64,000 nt of DNA. Origin: Callorhinchus milii. Taxonomy: Eukaryota. The stretch covers positions 65,350,001-65,414,000 of the forward strand of contig NW_024704743.1 of NCBI RefSeq assembly GCF_018977255.1, read 5' to 3'. The translations under genes and the position numbers were made by a program. This document shows, one piece after another, positions 41,601 to 56,600 of the stretch. The notes under the pieces were generated by a model, which saw only the letters and a program-made list of their open reading frames with translations, searched no databases and was not told where the DNA came from. Within the stretch, counting starts at the first letter, position 1. Every line of letters begins with the position of its first letter.

Positions 41601-44600
41601 TCAAATCTATGTTCAACTTTCCAACCAGGACAATACTTGCAGATCTTAGTATTTTGCCTTAATTTGAATTTCCTTGCATGTTTTTCTACCTCGTGGCATA
41701 CAAACCCCAGAGAACATCACTTGAACTAACCTCATAGAATCTTTGAAATGAACACATAGGAGGATGCCACCCGACCAATCTAGCCTACGATGGTGCTAGC
41801 TTTTCCCCTGAAGCTAACTACTGCAATCTGAATTCCCTTCTCTCTCCACGAACCTGTTTACAATCTCCCTTTTCAAATGGATTGCAAATGTTGGTATGTT
41901 TTAAAAAAGTTTTTACAAAACCCATCCATCTATTCAAAATGTCACCAAAATGTTTTATGTTCTTATGTTCTAAAAGGTACTTGTAACAATTAAACTAAAA
42001 AAGAGATGTCTTTATTTGTGGAATCATTATTCTGTTCCACAAAATAGCAACAGTTTCCTTCATCATCACATTCTCTAGCCCTTCCCTGATACCTAACCGA
42101 ATCCTGTACATTGCAATGTTCTGTGATGCCCCATTGAACTTGCTTTGCTCCAGTGCATACAATCACTTACTTTAGTCACTATTCACTTCCCCACTAAATC
42201 TATCTCCAGACTCTCAACAGCTCTGGGATAAATCATAACCTGTGAATCTTTAACAACTCTTCAACAGCCACCAATTTTTTTTCTTTATCTGCAACAACGT
42301 GACCATTGCCACCTTGCCTCTATCTACACTCTTTATGAGTCTACTTTTCTTTAATCCAGGCCTAAGGCAAGATATATTATAGGTTAGTTGCAGTGTGTAG
42401 CACCTCTTAGACTCTTCCATTGTACACCAAAGTTCTCAATACTATTCCCAATCCACGAGTGCAGCATTTCCATTTCCTATTGCTGACTTTGGTCTCTTCA
42501 GTTTAAGTTGTTTAAGTCTCCCAGTGCTCGGAGTTGTGTTGTAACTGACCAAAACTCATTTCACTCAGGACCCTTAACAGCTGTCATCCCATCATTGCAA
42601 TATGGAGTCAAAGATAAGTTAAACTCAAAGGTAAAGGATCAATGTTCTAATCCACTGCCTAGCAGCCCCAATATGTTGCAACGTATCACAAAAGAAGGAA
42701 AATTAAAAGCATTTAGCAAAGGTTTTGTTTCTGAGGTGTCAGTACCCCTTGTCGTAAGGTAAAATTACTCATGTATTTGGAAAAGAGTTATTTTAAGGAA
42801 AGGTTGACTACTTTCTAACCTAAAAAAGATTGGTTGAATTCTTAAGATCTCCCATTGTCAAAGAACCTGGATTGACCTGGGAGAGGTGGCATGGATTTGT
42901 AAAGAGCAGGTCATATCTTGGGTAGTTCGTGGTCTGACACAAACATCCTCCTGATGTGAAAGGTGCTATACAAACCGTTGTTGTTGACACATGTGAACTC
43001 CCATTGCCATGCTTAAAAGCATTGATGCAGTGATGGGAGGATGGTAGGGTGGGTGTTCTGGAGGGATGGGATTGGATGGACTGGACGGCCTTTTTCTTCC
43101 AGACCAATTTTGTAACCATGTGAAAAGTATCCAAATCAGATTAAGAATTCCACAAATTCATGGAAATTTTCCTTTGTCTGGAATGAAATGCTCACTGTCC
43201 CCTCCTTACTCAATCACAGGAAGTATTAGACACACACAGGTTGGGGAAAATCAGAGATTTTAGATACAAATTTTCAAACTGATTTTGAATATTAAGTCCA
43301 TGGTATTAATTGTAAATCTGATTTTAGATTCCAGATGTCCTGCCAGGCTTTATCCATGACTGTGGACCTGTGTACAGTGCCATAGTACAAAATCCAGATC
43401 GCAACAATACCTCAGAGCAAGCAGATACCGAACAGTCCCGACAATGTAGTCCACTGAACTGCTACAGTGGAAAGCAATCTATTATTAACCTTGGAAGAAC
43501 ATGGTAAGACATAAGAACTTCATTTCAATCTATTGTGCTTTTAACGTCTGCTCTGCTCATTGAACTCCTCAGCTCTTCCCTACATAAGTTGCAGACTCTC
43601 CAAAAATCTGCAGCCATGTCCTCTCCTACACCAGGCTCTGCAAATTTCTCATTGCTATCTCTCCTGGCTCCGTTGGCTCCACATACCCCAATGCATTGAG
43701 CTCAAGATGCTCATTGTTACCTTTAAATCCCATGCACGGTCTTGTCCCATCCCACCTCTGCGACCAACAACACAACAACAACAACTTGTATTTACATGGC
43801 TCCCCTCATACAGGATAGCATTCCAGAGTGCTTGACAGAGGTGGATCATGACACTGAGCTGGGGGGAGGAGGGAGGTGATTGTAGGCACTGTTGAAGAGG
43901 AAGGTCCTCAGGTGTGATCTGAAGATTGGGAAGGAAGGGTCAAGGCAGAGGGATAGAGGAAGAATGTTCCACAGTTCAGGGCATAATGGCTGAAAACACA
44001 TTCACCAGTGGTGGAACGGAAGGCACGAGAGGTGCAGGAGGCCAGAGCTAGTTGAGCGTAGACAGTGGGTAGTGGGTTGGAGAGTAAGCAGGTCAGAGAG
44101 GTAGGGAGGTGCTGGGGCATGAATGGATTTGAAAATAAGTGTGAGTATTGTGAAATCAATTCGTTCGGTGTTAGGGAGTCAGTGGAGTCTGACTAGAACT
44201 GGTATGATGGGGGTACAGAATTTAATACAGGTGAGTATATGGGCAGCGGAGTTTTTTTCAACTAGATTTTGTGGATGGTGGAACTGGGGAGATTGGCATT
44301 TGAATAGTTGAGTTGGAGGTGGTGAACGCATGAATGAGTGTTTCGGCTGTATCTGCAGTAAGATACGGTTGGAGGCAGACAATGTGGCGAAGGTGGAGGA
44401 AGGCGCTCCTTGCCAGGGTAAGAAGGACAGCTGTGGGTTGAACCCAGACAACCTCCTCAAATAAAAACAGAAGTCGCTGGGAACACTCAGCAGGTCAGGC
44501 AGCATCTACGGAGAAAGGAAAGTGAGTCAATATTTTTGGGTCCACGACCCTTTGTTAGAACTGGGGCATGTTGGGAAGGAGAGGTTTTTAAGGGCTAACA

Positions 44601-47600
44601 GAGTGGGGGAGAGGCAGGGCAAGGAAGACAAAGGAGAAAATGGGGTAGAGGAAAGGGAATGATGGGTTAAAGGGGTGTTAATGATGCAAACCAAAGGAGG
44701 GGAAAATTGTGTCTGGGACCCAGCTGATGTGGTAATGGTCACGGAAAAGGGGGAGGGGGAAGGTGAGCTGTTATGGTCTGAAATTGTTGAAATCAATATT
44801 GAGGCCAGAGGGCTGTAAGGTCTTGAGCAGATGAATGAGGTTCTGTTGCTCAAGCTTGCGCTGTGGCTCATTGGAATAGCATAGGAGACCGTGGATGGAG
44901 AGGTCAGAGTGCGAGTGGGAGGGAGAGTTGAAGTGGCAAGAAACTGGAAACTCAGGTTGTGCTTGTGGACGGAACGGAGGTGTTCAGCAAATCAGTCAAA
45001 GAGGAGACCACATCGTGAGCAGCGAATGCAGTAAACTACATTGATGGTAGTACATGGAAATCGCTGTCTCACTTGAAATCTGTGTTTGGGGCCCTGGACA
45101 GTGGTATGGGAGGAGGTGAAAGGGCAAGTATTGCATCTCCTGCGCTGACATGGGAAGGTGCCGGGGGGAGGAGAACAACTGTTGGTGGTGATGGAGGAAT
45201 GAACCAGGGAGTCACGGAGGGAACGGTTCCTTCGGAATTTTAAGAGGGGAGGGGAGGAAAAGATATGTTTAGTGGTTGGATCACGCTGGAGTTGCCGGAA
45301 ATGGCGGAGAATTATTTGTTGGATATTGAGACTGGTGGGGTGAAAGGTGAGGACTAGGGGGACCGTATCACGGTTCTGGGAAGAGGGGGAAGGGGTGAGG
45401 GTAGAGGTGCGGGAAATAGGGTGGACATGGTCATGGACCCTGCCTACCTCAGTGGATGGGAATCCTCGGTCAAGGAAAAAGGAAGACATTTCAGCTGCTC
45501 TGGTGTAAAAGGTGGCATCATCAGAGGAGATGCAGCGGAGGTGGAGGAAATGGGAAAAGGGAATGGAGTCTTTAGAGGAGTTGCGGTGGCAGGAAGTGTA
45601 GTCCACGTAACTATGAGAGTGTTGGGCTTGTAAAAGATATCTGTTGATAATCTATACCCTGAGACTGAAATGGTGAAGTCTAGGAAGGGAAGAGATGAAT
45701 CGGAGATAGACCATGTGAATGTTATGGAGGGGTGGAAGGTGGAAGCGAAATTGGTGAATTTTTCCAGCTCACTGCAAGAGCAGGAAGCAGCCCCAACACA
45801 GTCGTCAATGTATCTGAGGAACAGGTCAGGAAGCAGACCTGAGTAGGCCCGAAGCAAAGTGTGTTCCAGGTGGTCAACAAACAGGCAGGCATAACTGGGA
45901 CACATGCAGGTTCCCATTGCGACAACTTTTACTTGGAGCAAGTGGTTGTAGTTGAAGGTGAAATTGTTCAATGTCAGAACAACCTTCTCAAATCCTGCTG
46001 ACCTGGCTACTCCCTTTGCTCAGTGACATTGGCCTACTTCGTGTATCCTGCCCCGTGACGGGCCTTCAACCTTTCTGGCCCCACTGGAGTCCATCCAACT
46101 TGCTCCCCCTCTTGGCTTGTTCAAGGTCCAACTCAAGACCTACTTCTTTGATGGATCATGATTTTAGTCATCTTTCCCCTCCCCATCCCCCTCAGCTCCT
46201 ACTGCCAATTTGGATGGCAAGCCAGTATTGTAAGCACCTTGGGATGCCCTCCTGACATGGAGGGTGCTATATAAATGTAAATTTGTAATGTATTATACAG
46301 AATTAAATGAAAGCAAAATATAGAGATGAAAAAAGGTTGGCGGTAACTTTAAATCTCGCCATAGAATAGCCTGTCAGGAACCTAGGTGTCTTGTTTGACC
46401 CTCAACTGTCTTTTCTTCCCCACATCCAAGCCATGACCCGCTCTGCCTTCCCTCACCTCCGTAACATCCCCCGACTCTGCCACTTCCTCACCCCTCAGGC
46501 CGCTGAAACTCTTGTTCATGCCTTCATCACCTCCAGGCTCGACTATGCAAATGCCCTGCTTGTCGGCCTTCCCAACTCCTCCCTCCACAGGCTGCAGATA
46601 ATCCAGAACTCTGCAGCCCGTGTCCTCTCCCGCACCAAACTCCGTGACCCCATCTCCCACATTCTTGTCCGACTCCATTGGCTCCCGATCCTTCAGAAGA
46701 TCCAGTTCAAGATCCCGGTCCTCACCTACAAAGCCCTCCACGGGTTCGCCCCACCCTACCTCTGTAACCTCCTAACCCCCTAACAACCCTCCCACTCCCT
46801 CCGCTCAGCTGGCTCTGGCCTCCTCCACATCCCCCGACCCACCCGCCCCACCATTGGTGGGAAAGCCTTCAGCCACTCTGCCCCCAACCTCTGGAATTCC
46901 ATCACCCAGTCACTCCGCCTCACCCCACCTTTGCCTCCTTCAAGTCCCAGCTCAAGACACTCCTCTTCGAACATGCCATCGGACACCGCCCTTCCCCTCC
47001 CTTCTCCCCCCCGATCCCAGCTCGGGTCTGAAATGCTGTACTCTGTCCAGTGCCTTGGAACATCCTCCCGACGTGAAAGACGCTATACAAATGTAATCTT
47101 GTTGTTGTAGAAATGCTGGGATCGATCCAAGAAAGTCAGCATGGATTTGTAATGGGTTGTGGTACAATTCAATGGCTTTCTGAATTATTACTACTGCACT
47201 GCTGAATTGACCCCAGTGTGTGCAGTGTGCAGTCCATTATTCAGACTGTGATTTTTTCTTCCCAACTATCTTACTTCACGGCCTCGCCCCAACCTACCAC
47301 TGCGAGCTCCTGAAACTTGTCTACCCCATTGCTCCCTTCACTCAGCGAGTACGAGCTTGTTTCACTTCCCCTTCTTTATCAGCTTCACCATCGGTGGGTG
47401 AGCTTTCAGCCATTCTGCCCTGCTCTCTGGACCTCCATTTCGAGTCCTTACAACTCGCCCCCTCCCCCACTTTTAAAGCCCACTTCAACACTTACCTCTT
47501 TGACCATGCTTTTTGGTTATTTCTCTCTTCTTCCCCACCCCCAAACCTTTTCAGCTCCCCACCTTCCTGGCTTGTATGCTCTGCCAGCTCTATAATGCAC

Positions 47601-50600
47601 TTTGAAAAATTCTGATGTGAAAGGCGCTTTATAAATGTAAATTATTGTATTGTACCTTTAGGCATGAGGCTTATGCAACATTAATCCACCTGAAAGAGAA
47701 TGAGTGGATAGACAGGAACACCAGAGTAGCAGTGGTTGAGTTTACCCTGTACAATCCTCCCACCAACCTCTTCACTGCCGTCTCACTATTGGCGGAGATG
47801 CCACAGTCGGGCGGTGTTCTTCCATCTATAAGTATAGAGTCGGTCAGCGTTTACCACATCAACTCCACCCTGGATTATTTCATCATGGTTTTTGAGGTGA
47901 GATTTCAAGGTTTACAATGATGGTCCAAAATAATAAAAATAAAAATCATTCACGTGGTAAGTTGAAGACGAGGTTAAATAGTAAGTCTAATATAAATGAA
48001 GAGTTTCCAATTCCATTCATACAGCTGTACCTCTTTAGGTTCTTTTTTTAAAACAAGGAGCACTGTTGGTGCCAGTATTAGCATTTGGCCTGCCTTTGTC
48101 AGGTATAAAGTACATCAGAGATGTGGCTAATTTGCGAGATGTTACAAATTGATTTGTAAGTTGCAGATCTTCCAAGTGCTTGGATGTGTCTGACTGAGTC
48201 CAGCCCACCAGAACTTCACTTAGAACATGGGAACATGAGTAGTCCCTTAAGCCCTCATCATTCTATTAGATTGTGACTGACCTCAACTCCAAATATCCGT
48301 CTTTGCTCCTTACCAATGAAAAATCTATTCACCTCTGTCTTGAAATGTGATTGGATCCAGCATCCAAAGCCTTTTGGGAGAGGGAGTTACAGATTTCCAG
48401 ATTTGGTCACGGATCTCAGTTCCATCTTCTAAAAAGTCAAAGGGCGCGCCTGGCACCTGGCAGGACGTCAAAGTTCAATCGGAGTCTCAGCAAAATTCCA
48501 GCAAAGCAGCCTCCTACACATCTGGACAGCCGCAGGATTCAAAAGATACTAATCAAGTTTGAAATCTCAAAAATAGTCTTCAAAGACCTGTCACAAGTTG
48601 AGTCAAACAAAATTTGCAATAATGTACAGTTGCGGAATACGTTTTGTGCAGGCTAAATAATCTCAATTCACAAGTGCTTTTTTGGTTGATTTTGAACATT
48701 TTTAAATTGGAGTATCTTCAATGCAATATTTGACATTCAGAATTCTTTCCTTATGCTTTGCAGCTGCTGTTTCTGGCCATTATTCTGCTTCACTTCTACT
48801 TGCAGACATGCAGGATCAGTCAGAAAGGACTTTTGAGATACTGTCAGGAATCGTGGAATTGGCTGGAGGTCAGAAATCTGTTGTAGGAAATTGGTTTGCT
48901 TTAATTTTTTTTTGTCAAGTTTATTTGCCCACAAAATACACGATCACTTTTACAATAAATCGTGTGGGATGACCTCCTGACATGATATATCAATCATAAA
49001 AATTAATACTATTTCTACTTTAGTTGTGAACTGATCAAGAAATCTTGATAGTAAATGAAATAGGGAATGATTTCAGAGTCTTCATAAAAAAAATGTCTGT
49101 CAATTTTTGTTTGTGCTAGGAGGAGAAAAGAGCTGTCACAGGATTTCTTCCGACATGATCTCTCTTGTTGAATTTTATCTTTGCAAACAAATAAATAAAC
49201 CATTTTTTTGGAGACCACCATTGAGAAGGGTGTTAGCAGAGAAGTATGTGTGGGGGGTTGGTGGGGGGAATTCAGATAACTCCTGCACACCTGGGCAACA
49301 AGATGTGTTAAAAATGACAGGGTTGCTAAACTGAGCGAAGTATTTATTGCAATATTGCAAAACTGACCCCATCACAAATTATTAGAACTTCCATGAAAAA
49401 TTCTAATAATTCAAAGAAATCTGTGCACATCCTTGACAGTCCAGGACTTTGGGACATCCTCCTGATGTGAAAATTGCTGTATACATGTAATTTGTTGTTA
49501 TTGTTTGAAAATGTCACTGTTCTTTGTCCAGGTCAGTCTCATCGTGATCAGCTTGTTTTACTATATATATTACGTGTATTATTTTGTGCTGGCTGTGGAT
49601 ATTATTGACCGCTTACACAGTGGATACTTCAAAGCATTTGTGGACATGAGTTTTATCTCTGCATGGAATCAGGTGAGGAATAGAAAGTGGGAAAGGAAAG
49701 AATGTAAAAGCGATGCGGAGTCAGCTATGCTAAATGACCCAAGAATAATTTTTTCTCTGAAGTTGTCTTTCTTCCCCTTTCTGTCCTTCCCTATTAGAAG
49801 GACCTCAATCCCCTTAGCATGGCTAAGATCAGAGATTGAACTTTCATTTCCATGGTATAGGGGTTTGGGCCTTTTTCACCATATGCTTTCCTGCAACTGT
49901 GTTTAACATATTAGTCTGCTCCATGAGCTACTTTTAGCTTTTCTCCTTTATGCGGTGATATCTTTATACCTCCCTTGGGTGTCTGCATGTGTAAGTTTCA
50001 GCACCTTTCTAAGGCCTTTATGAAAATTATTTTATTAATGACCAACTTGAATAGGCTGCTCCTGGTCATTTCAGTCAATGTGTCAGAACGCACAGGATTT
50101 CTCTGAACTAAAGCTATCTTATTTTATCCTTAGAGGAAACGCTTTCTCCATGGTTTGATGTTGTTCCTGTTGTTATTAAAAAGCATCAGCTTGCTGCGCA
50201 TCAACAGGTTGATGGCACCCTGCGTGTCAATGCTAAGAATGTCCTATTCCAGTTTAATGATGCCAATGGTAAGGAACACCTTTTGTTGGATGGAATGGTG
50301 CCATGTGGATGGAAGAGCAGCTCTACAGCTCACTACATTTGAAGGTCCATTGATCTCACACTGGGATTTCAGCCAGCTTTACTTCCTGGAACAATCTGCT
50401 CTAAACGCAAAGCTCAAATCCGTGACCAGAATGAGAATTCTAAATGTATATGGAAATGTTCACTCTCTTGGGGAAATCTGAGCAAGAGTGGTATTAGGCC
50501 TCAGCTCTCACAATGAGAGTGCAGTGCTCCACCACTGTAACTCATATCATGGCTCAGAGTGATATACAGTAAACTCCTGATAACTCATCACTCCAAGGGA

Positions 50601-53600
50601 AAAAGATTTAGAGACGAGTTATCCAGAGTGGCAAGTTAGGCATATGGGTAAATTCATAAACAAACGTGGTGGGGATATTGACAACATGAAAACTTAAGTG
50701 GTAGTGACAAATTAAGACAGGGTCAAGTTATGCGGTGTTTACTGTACTTCCATTGGATGGAACCCCCATTTAAATTTCATTTGGATTCCTTATTAAGGAA
50801 TCTCACAAAGAAATGCCACACATTGGATCCCCATAGGCCCTGAGAGCTGTAAAATGTGAACGTGTGTAACAAGGCTAGTAGCAAAGACTAATACTGTAAA
50901 AAAAATCAGTCGTGTCTTTCAAGAGAATAATGCAACTTGAAAGTCAAAGGATGTTTTAAACTGGTAAAGCACAGTTCAAACATAAACAGCATGTTTACCT
51001 GGAAAGTCTTACAGCTTTGCTTAATTGTTTTTTGACATCATATATTTGCAATTCCTCCTTTTTTTGGCTCAAATCTGTTGTTTTTCTGTCCTTACTTTGG
51101 CCCTCTCCATACTCCACCCTGTTCCTTGAACAAGAGGTCCAGATGCCTGACCTTTAACCAATTCTCAGACAATGCTGCTGTCTTTTTCCTGGCCACTGTT
51201 TGGAAGTGCACAGAGTCATTGGGGATTGCACGTCCTCCATTGTTTTGCTGTAATGTGACTGTATTTACATTGTTTCTACTTAATAGCTGCTGACCTGTTT
51301 GTGAGCTGTGGGATCTTCCACTGTAATACTTTGAACAAAGCGACAGGAATATTGGAAGCTGTTACTGTTACAGCATCCCGCCTCAGGAATTACACAGTAT
51401 TACAGGCATATGTTTGTCAAATGCTACCATGATGTTCACTGCATGGGATTCATTTCCTGAATTACTATTGTAAGGTTTTAGTTCGGTCCAACCCAACTGA
51501 AATCCCTTTACATGTAGAGTCAGACCAGCAATGGAAACTCTCTTACTGCAGGATTCTGTTTCCTGGGAAGCTAACCGAGAACTTAGACTGTACATTTAAA
51601 AATATTACATCAGATGAAAATAATGAAATAATCTGTTCTGTGCTTGTTTCTGATTACAGTTGTGTGGGATTATATTCATTGTGGCCTACTCTTGCCTGGG
51701 GAATCTGCTTTTCCTGTCGGAATCCTATTCATTCAGTACCTTTGTAAGAGCCTTTCAAACTGTGCTGATGTACTTCATGGGATTGAGTGAGATGCGAACA
51801 CTTTCAACTCTATACAAGTTAAACCAACTCTGTATTGCTATCTACTATGGGACATTTTTTGTTATCATGACCATACTATGGGCTGGATTGGTAAGTATTA
51901 TAACCCCTTTCTTACAGTTCTAAGTGATAAGAGAAATTATGCATTTTAGAAATATGAACCTTCACATTGTAATTTAATACCTCCTTGAAACTCCATTAAA
52001 GAAACATTAGAATGAAGAGCAGCTCTACAGCTCACTCCATTTGAAGGTCTATTGTTCCCATACTGGGTTTTCAACCAGCTTTAATTCCTAGAACAATCTG
52101 CTCTAAACACAAAGCTCAATGCCTTGCCTGCTACCCTTCAGAGACAGTTTGTGCTTCAGCAGATGTGGTTTCTGTTGGAACACAATCAGTTGCAATCCAG
52201 TTTTCATGCTGATCATTTTAGTTATTATACAAAGCTTTTGAGAATATCTGATTCTCAATATCAGCCTAACTTTGACCCCTGCAGGAACTTCACTCCACAA
52301 ATTGATTGCAATTGTGGCTTGGCCATGATGTGCTTCTGGTTAATAGATGTAGTTCCTATTTGTGTGACTTGGGTTATTTACCAAGAAATACTTTAAGAAA
52401 TATAACAAATTAGATACCTATTAATGTAATTTTAAAAAAATGCACCATGCACACTTTTAATGCAATTTGGTCACAGTGTGCCTCTATTTACTGGTGAGCA
52501 GGACACAAAACAGAGACCTAACAAATAAAATATATAAGATCATTTGGGAATGTTAGTCTGACAGAAGAGTAGGTACTACTTGTTATTTTTTCTGTATGTT
52601 TTCCCATCCTCTCCTGAAGGTGCTGATTTGGGCTTGGGTGTGATTCTTTGGATGATAACTCACTCCAATTCTTCATGTTTGAGCCTGTGTAATGATGATT
52701 GTGGATAGATTATTTAACCACAACAGATGATGGACTTATTTCTAATCCTGTTCCCACTCTGCATGCACACTTTCAAACAAGAGTCACAGGTTCTTGATCC
52801 CTTGATTCCCTGTCAGCCAATTATGCTCTTACCATTCCTCACCTCCATCCTGGTACAAGCTTCATCCTGAGCAATATTTCAGGCCTTTGAGAGAAGAAGG
52901 CAGCAGAGACTGAATTTAAAGAACTGGAAAATAATGGCTGATAATGTGGTATTGCCTACCTTTGGGAGAAATTCTACTTTCAATGCATTCTCATTTGGCA
53001 TTGAATTCAATCTTAACTTGGAAGTCAGTTTGCTGCAGTTCTTAAAAGAACATACAGAAATTCTCTTTCAAAATTAAGACTTTTTTAAGGATTTGAATTT
53101 GAAAATTGAAATGCTAAGAAAATAGAGTAAATCTAGACCTTGGTTTCATAAAGAGTGCCTTAGAGTCATAAGTAACGATTCCTGTAACAACCCAGAATTA
53201 TATCATACTGATGCACGGACTTCCATTCCAAATAGATTTGAAAAGAGTGTCCCAGCCAACAATCTTCCAAATAAAATGTTTCACTCCATGGCTGTTTGTC
53301 CCACATTGTAGCGACCTTTTTTGCCCACAAAACACAGTCACTGCACTTTACAATGTTTCCTGTGAAGCGATTTGGGACATCCTCCTGATGTGAAAGGCAG
53401 AGATTTAGGGAATTTAATATTCCTCTTCATTTATTCAAACTCTGTTTGCAGCTGAGTTAAACTGAGAGTGAGTACAGATGTTTATGTTGTATATTGGTTA
53501 TATAATTTACAAGTGATCAACTGCATATTATGACTTGGTAAACCTTACCATAAAGCTGTTAATTGATGGGGGTGGAATATGGTATGTGATCATAACTGGC

Positions 53601-56600
53601 GATTATATCACAAGGACATAAAAAAGGATTATTCAATAATTATTAATTTAATTATAAAACCTGTGCATTTGCCCACAAAATATACAGTCAATTCATTTTA
53701 CAGTATATTCTGTAAAGCGCTTTGAGACGTCTCGAAGATGTGATAAGGCACTATATCAAATGCAAGGATTATTACTATTTATTATTATTCATACACCAAC
53801 TGTATACAAATTGGTTTATCTTGTGGGAGTGTGGAAAAAAACATTTTTTAGTCCATGATCTATCAAAGAAGAGGAAATCCAAATTCAGTCCGATTTAAAG
53901 ATTCCTCAATTACATCACTTACCACATTCTCCCCCCATACTTTCTCAGAATTATACTGTCACATATTAGTAACATCAAATCTACTGGAAGACCCTATTGA
54001 ATGAAGAGCAACTGAAGTAAATAAAGCTCCTAAAATTGTTTCCGTAATAACTGTGTCCTTTTCAAAATATTGAATCTGACCATTAGTGAATAGTAAACCT
54101 ATCTTAAATATTTATTTTTGTTTTTAGTTTGTAGGGATTCTTACATCAATGGCAGAAGAGGCAAAGAAGTCTTCTCGAAGTAAACAACTGGTGACGTTCA
54201 CAGAAGTTGCTGTTTACATTCGGGACAGGATAATGACCCTCATGGGGGGAAACAAAAATCAAAAAACGAACGTTAATTCAACTCAAGGAAATGTAATACC
54301 CTGAACACATACATTCTTAAAATATAGAATAATCTTTGTATTTGATAAGCGTCTTATCACATCATCAGAATAACCTAACGCATTTCACAGGATTTACTGT
54401 AAAATAGTGAGTATATATGTGTATAATGCAACAGCCACGTTGGGTACAGCAGTGTCTGACAAACATGAAGTGAATGCTCAATTTTATTTGGAGGATTATT
54501 GGCCAGGACATTGGGAGAAACTCCCTTCTTTTTTTGAATAGTGCCATGGATCTTTAACATCCACCTGAATATGCAGATAGAACATTAATTTAATTAATCC
54601 CATTAATCCCACAATACAGCACATCCACAGCACTGCGTTGGAGTGTCAGCCTAAATCATCTGAGTTTGAAGTCCCAACTTGGGGCTTGAACCCACAACTT
54701 GCTGACTCAGAGGCGAGAGTACTATCAACTGAGCCCGGATAATAATAATAATAATAATGATAATAATAACAATAAAGGATAAAACCATTCATGCCTGGTA
54801 TAATCATAGTGAACCTCCTCTGTACCCTCTCTATGGTCCTCAGCATCCTTTCTAAAGTGGGGCACACAGAACGTCCTGCAACTGCTGCCTAACCAATGAT
54901 TTGTACAGTTTAGCATCTCCCAACATTGCAGTGTCAAACTAAAATACAAACTCAAATTCCCGATGAGTGATTGAACCTACAGCCTGACTCAAAGACAAGA
55001 TTGTTGCCAAGTGAGCCAGGTTGACACCGATTTATAATTGATGCTTAAAAAAGGTTTTTAATTGAAAAAACGATCCAACTTCTGCCCCTCTCAATTTAAT
55101 CATGTGGCTGCCTGGCTCAGTTGATAGCACTGCTTCTTAGTCAGAAGGTTGTGGGTTCAAGCCCCATGTTGGAACTTTGAACTCCGCCTAAGATGATACT
55201 GCAGTGAATGCTGGAGGAGTGTTGCATTGTTTAGATCATGTCATCTTTCAGCAAGAGACATTAAACCAAGGTCTCTTCTGCCTGTTCAGGTGGATGTTAA
55301 AAACCGCATGGGACTATTTGAATAGAGAAGGGAGTTTCTCCTGGAATCTTGGCCAACAATTCCCCCAAATAAAATTGGTCGTTCACTTCATGACTGTTTG
55401 TGGGTGCACGTTGCCTGCCACATTGCCTACAGAATACACCCTTTACAGTATATTCGTGTGAAGTGCTTTGAGATATCTTGATGTGAAAGACACTTTATCA
55501 TATGTAAGGATTCTTATTATTTCACTGTGTGCATTAAAACTGGATACGATTACATCAGCTTAAAACCAAGATCTAAAGAAGCACCTGATATTCATAGAGC
55601 TTTATCAGTAAAAATGTTGTGTCACCATGTTGTGAAGTCTTTGGCCGAGTAAATTTGCTGGAAGACATTCTGTTGTGTTAGGGGTGAGAATATCTCTGAC
55701 ATGAATTGCAATGTAATTTTTAGGTTTTTATTTTAAACTTATGCAAATAAAAGCATTTCAGCAGGCATATCTAGCCATAATGGTGAATGCTTTTTGTTTC
55801 CCACTTGTGAATTGTTTTATTCTGTTTTAGAATAAAGGATTTTGCTGTTTGAGCCAGATTCAAGAGAGATATTTATTCAGGGCATGCATTGAATGTTCTA
55901 TTCAGTGCTCCCTACCTCTCAAAGCAAAATAATGCAACCACTTGTAAGCGCTGAAAGAAGATAGAAATAATGGAATCTAAAAACATTTCAAAGAGAATTG
56001 GATAAATACTCAAGGAAAATTCTATAAAAGGTTATGGGGAAAGAACAGGAGAATGGCATCAGACTATAAACTACATGGAAACCCATCACCATTCTTAAGG
56101 TATCCAAACCAAGCTGAGATACTCTTAAGCATGGTAATGTGTCTCTGAATGTGTCAAACACCCAGCTGACCCCCCAAAATTATATAGCTTAATGCAATTC
56201 CCCTGCTCTCTAACTCCAGCAAGAAATCTAGCACCAGTATAGACACAATAAACTTTCTATAATTTTATAGACCGAGGTGTTACAGAACTTCATTGAAGAA
56301 TATTGCTTTCTAATGGAATAGAATATTGACTTCATTCAGGACTGTTTATGCACATTGAGCTTCAATGCAGAAGTCAAAGCTAACAAAAAGATACTGTTGC
56401 ATGCATGCACATGAGGGTGAAAGGAATACAATTTTTTTTCTTGCATATTGCAACTGATTTGGAAACTTGAAATAAGTTTATTTATTCAGGAATTGATTAC
56501 AGCTTGCAATGTAACTTTAGAATCGAGGAGACGCTGAGAGAAAAATGCAAAAGAGTGATAAAAAGTTAGACAGCTTGAAACTCAGAGAGAGAAAGTCAAA

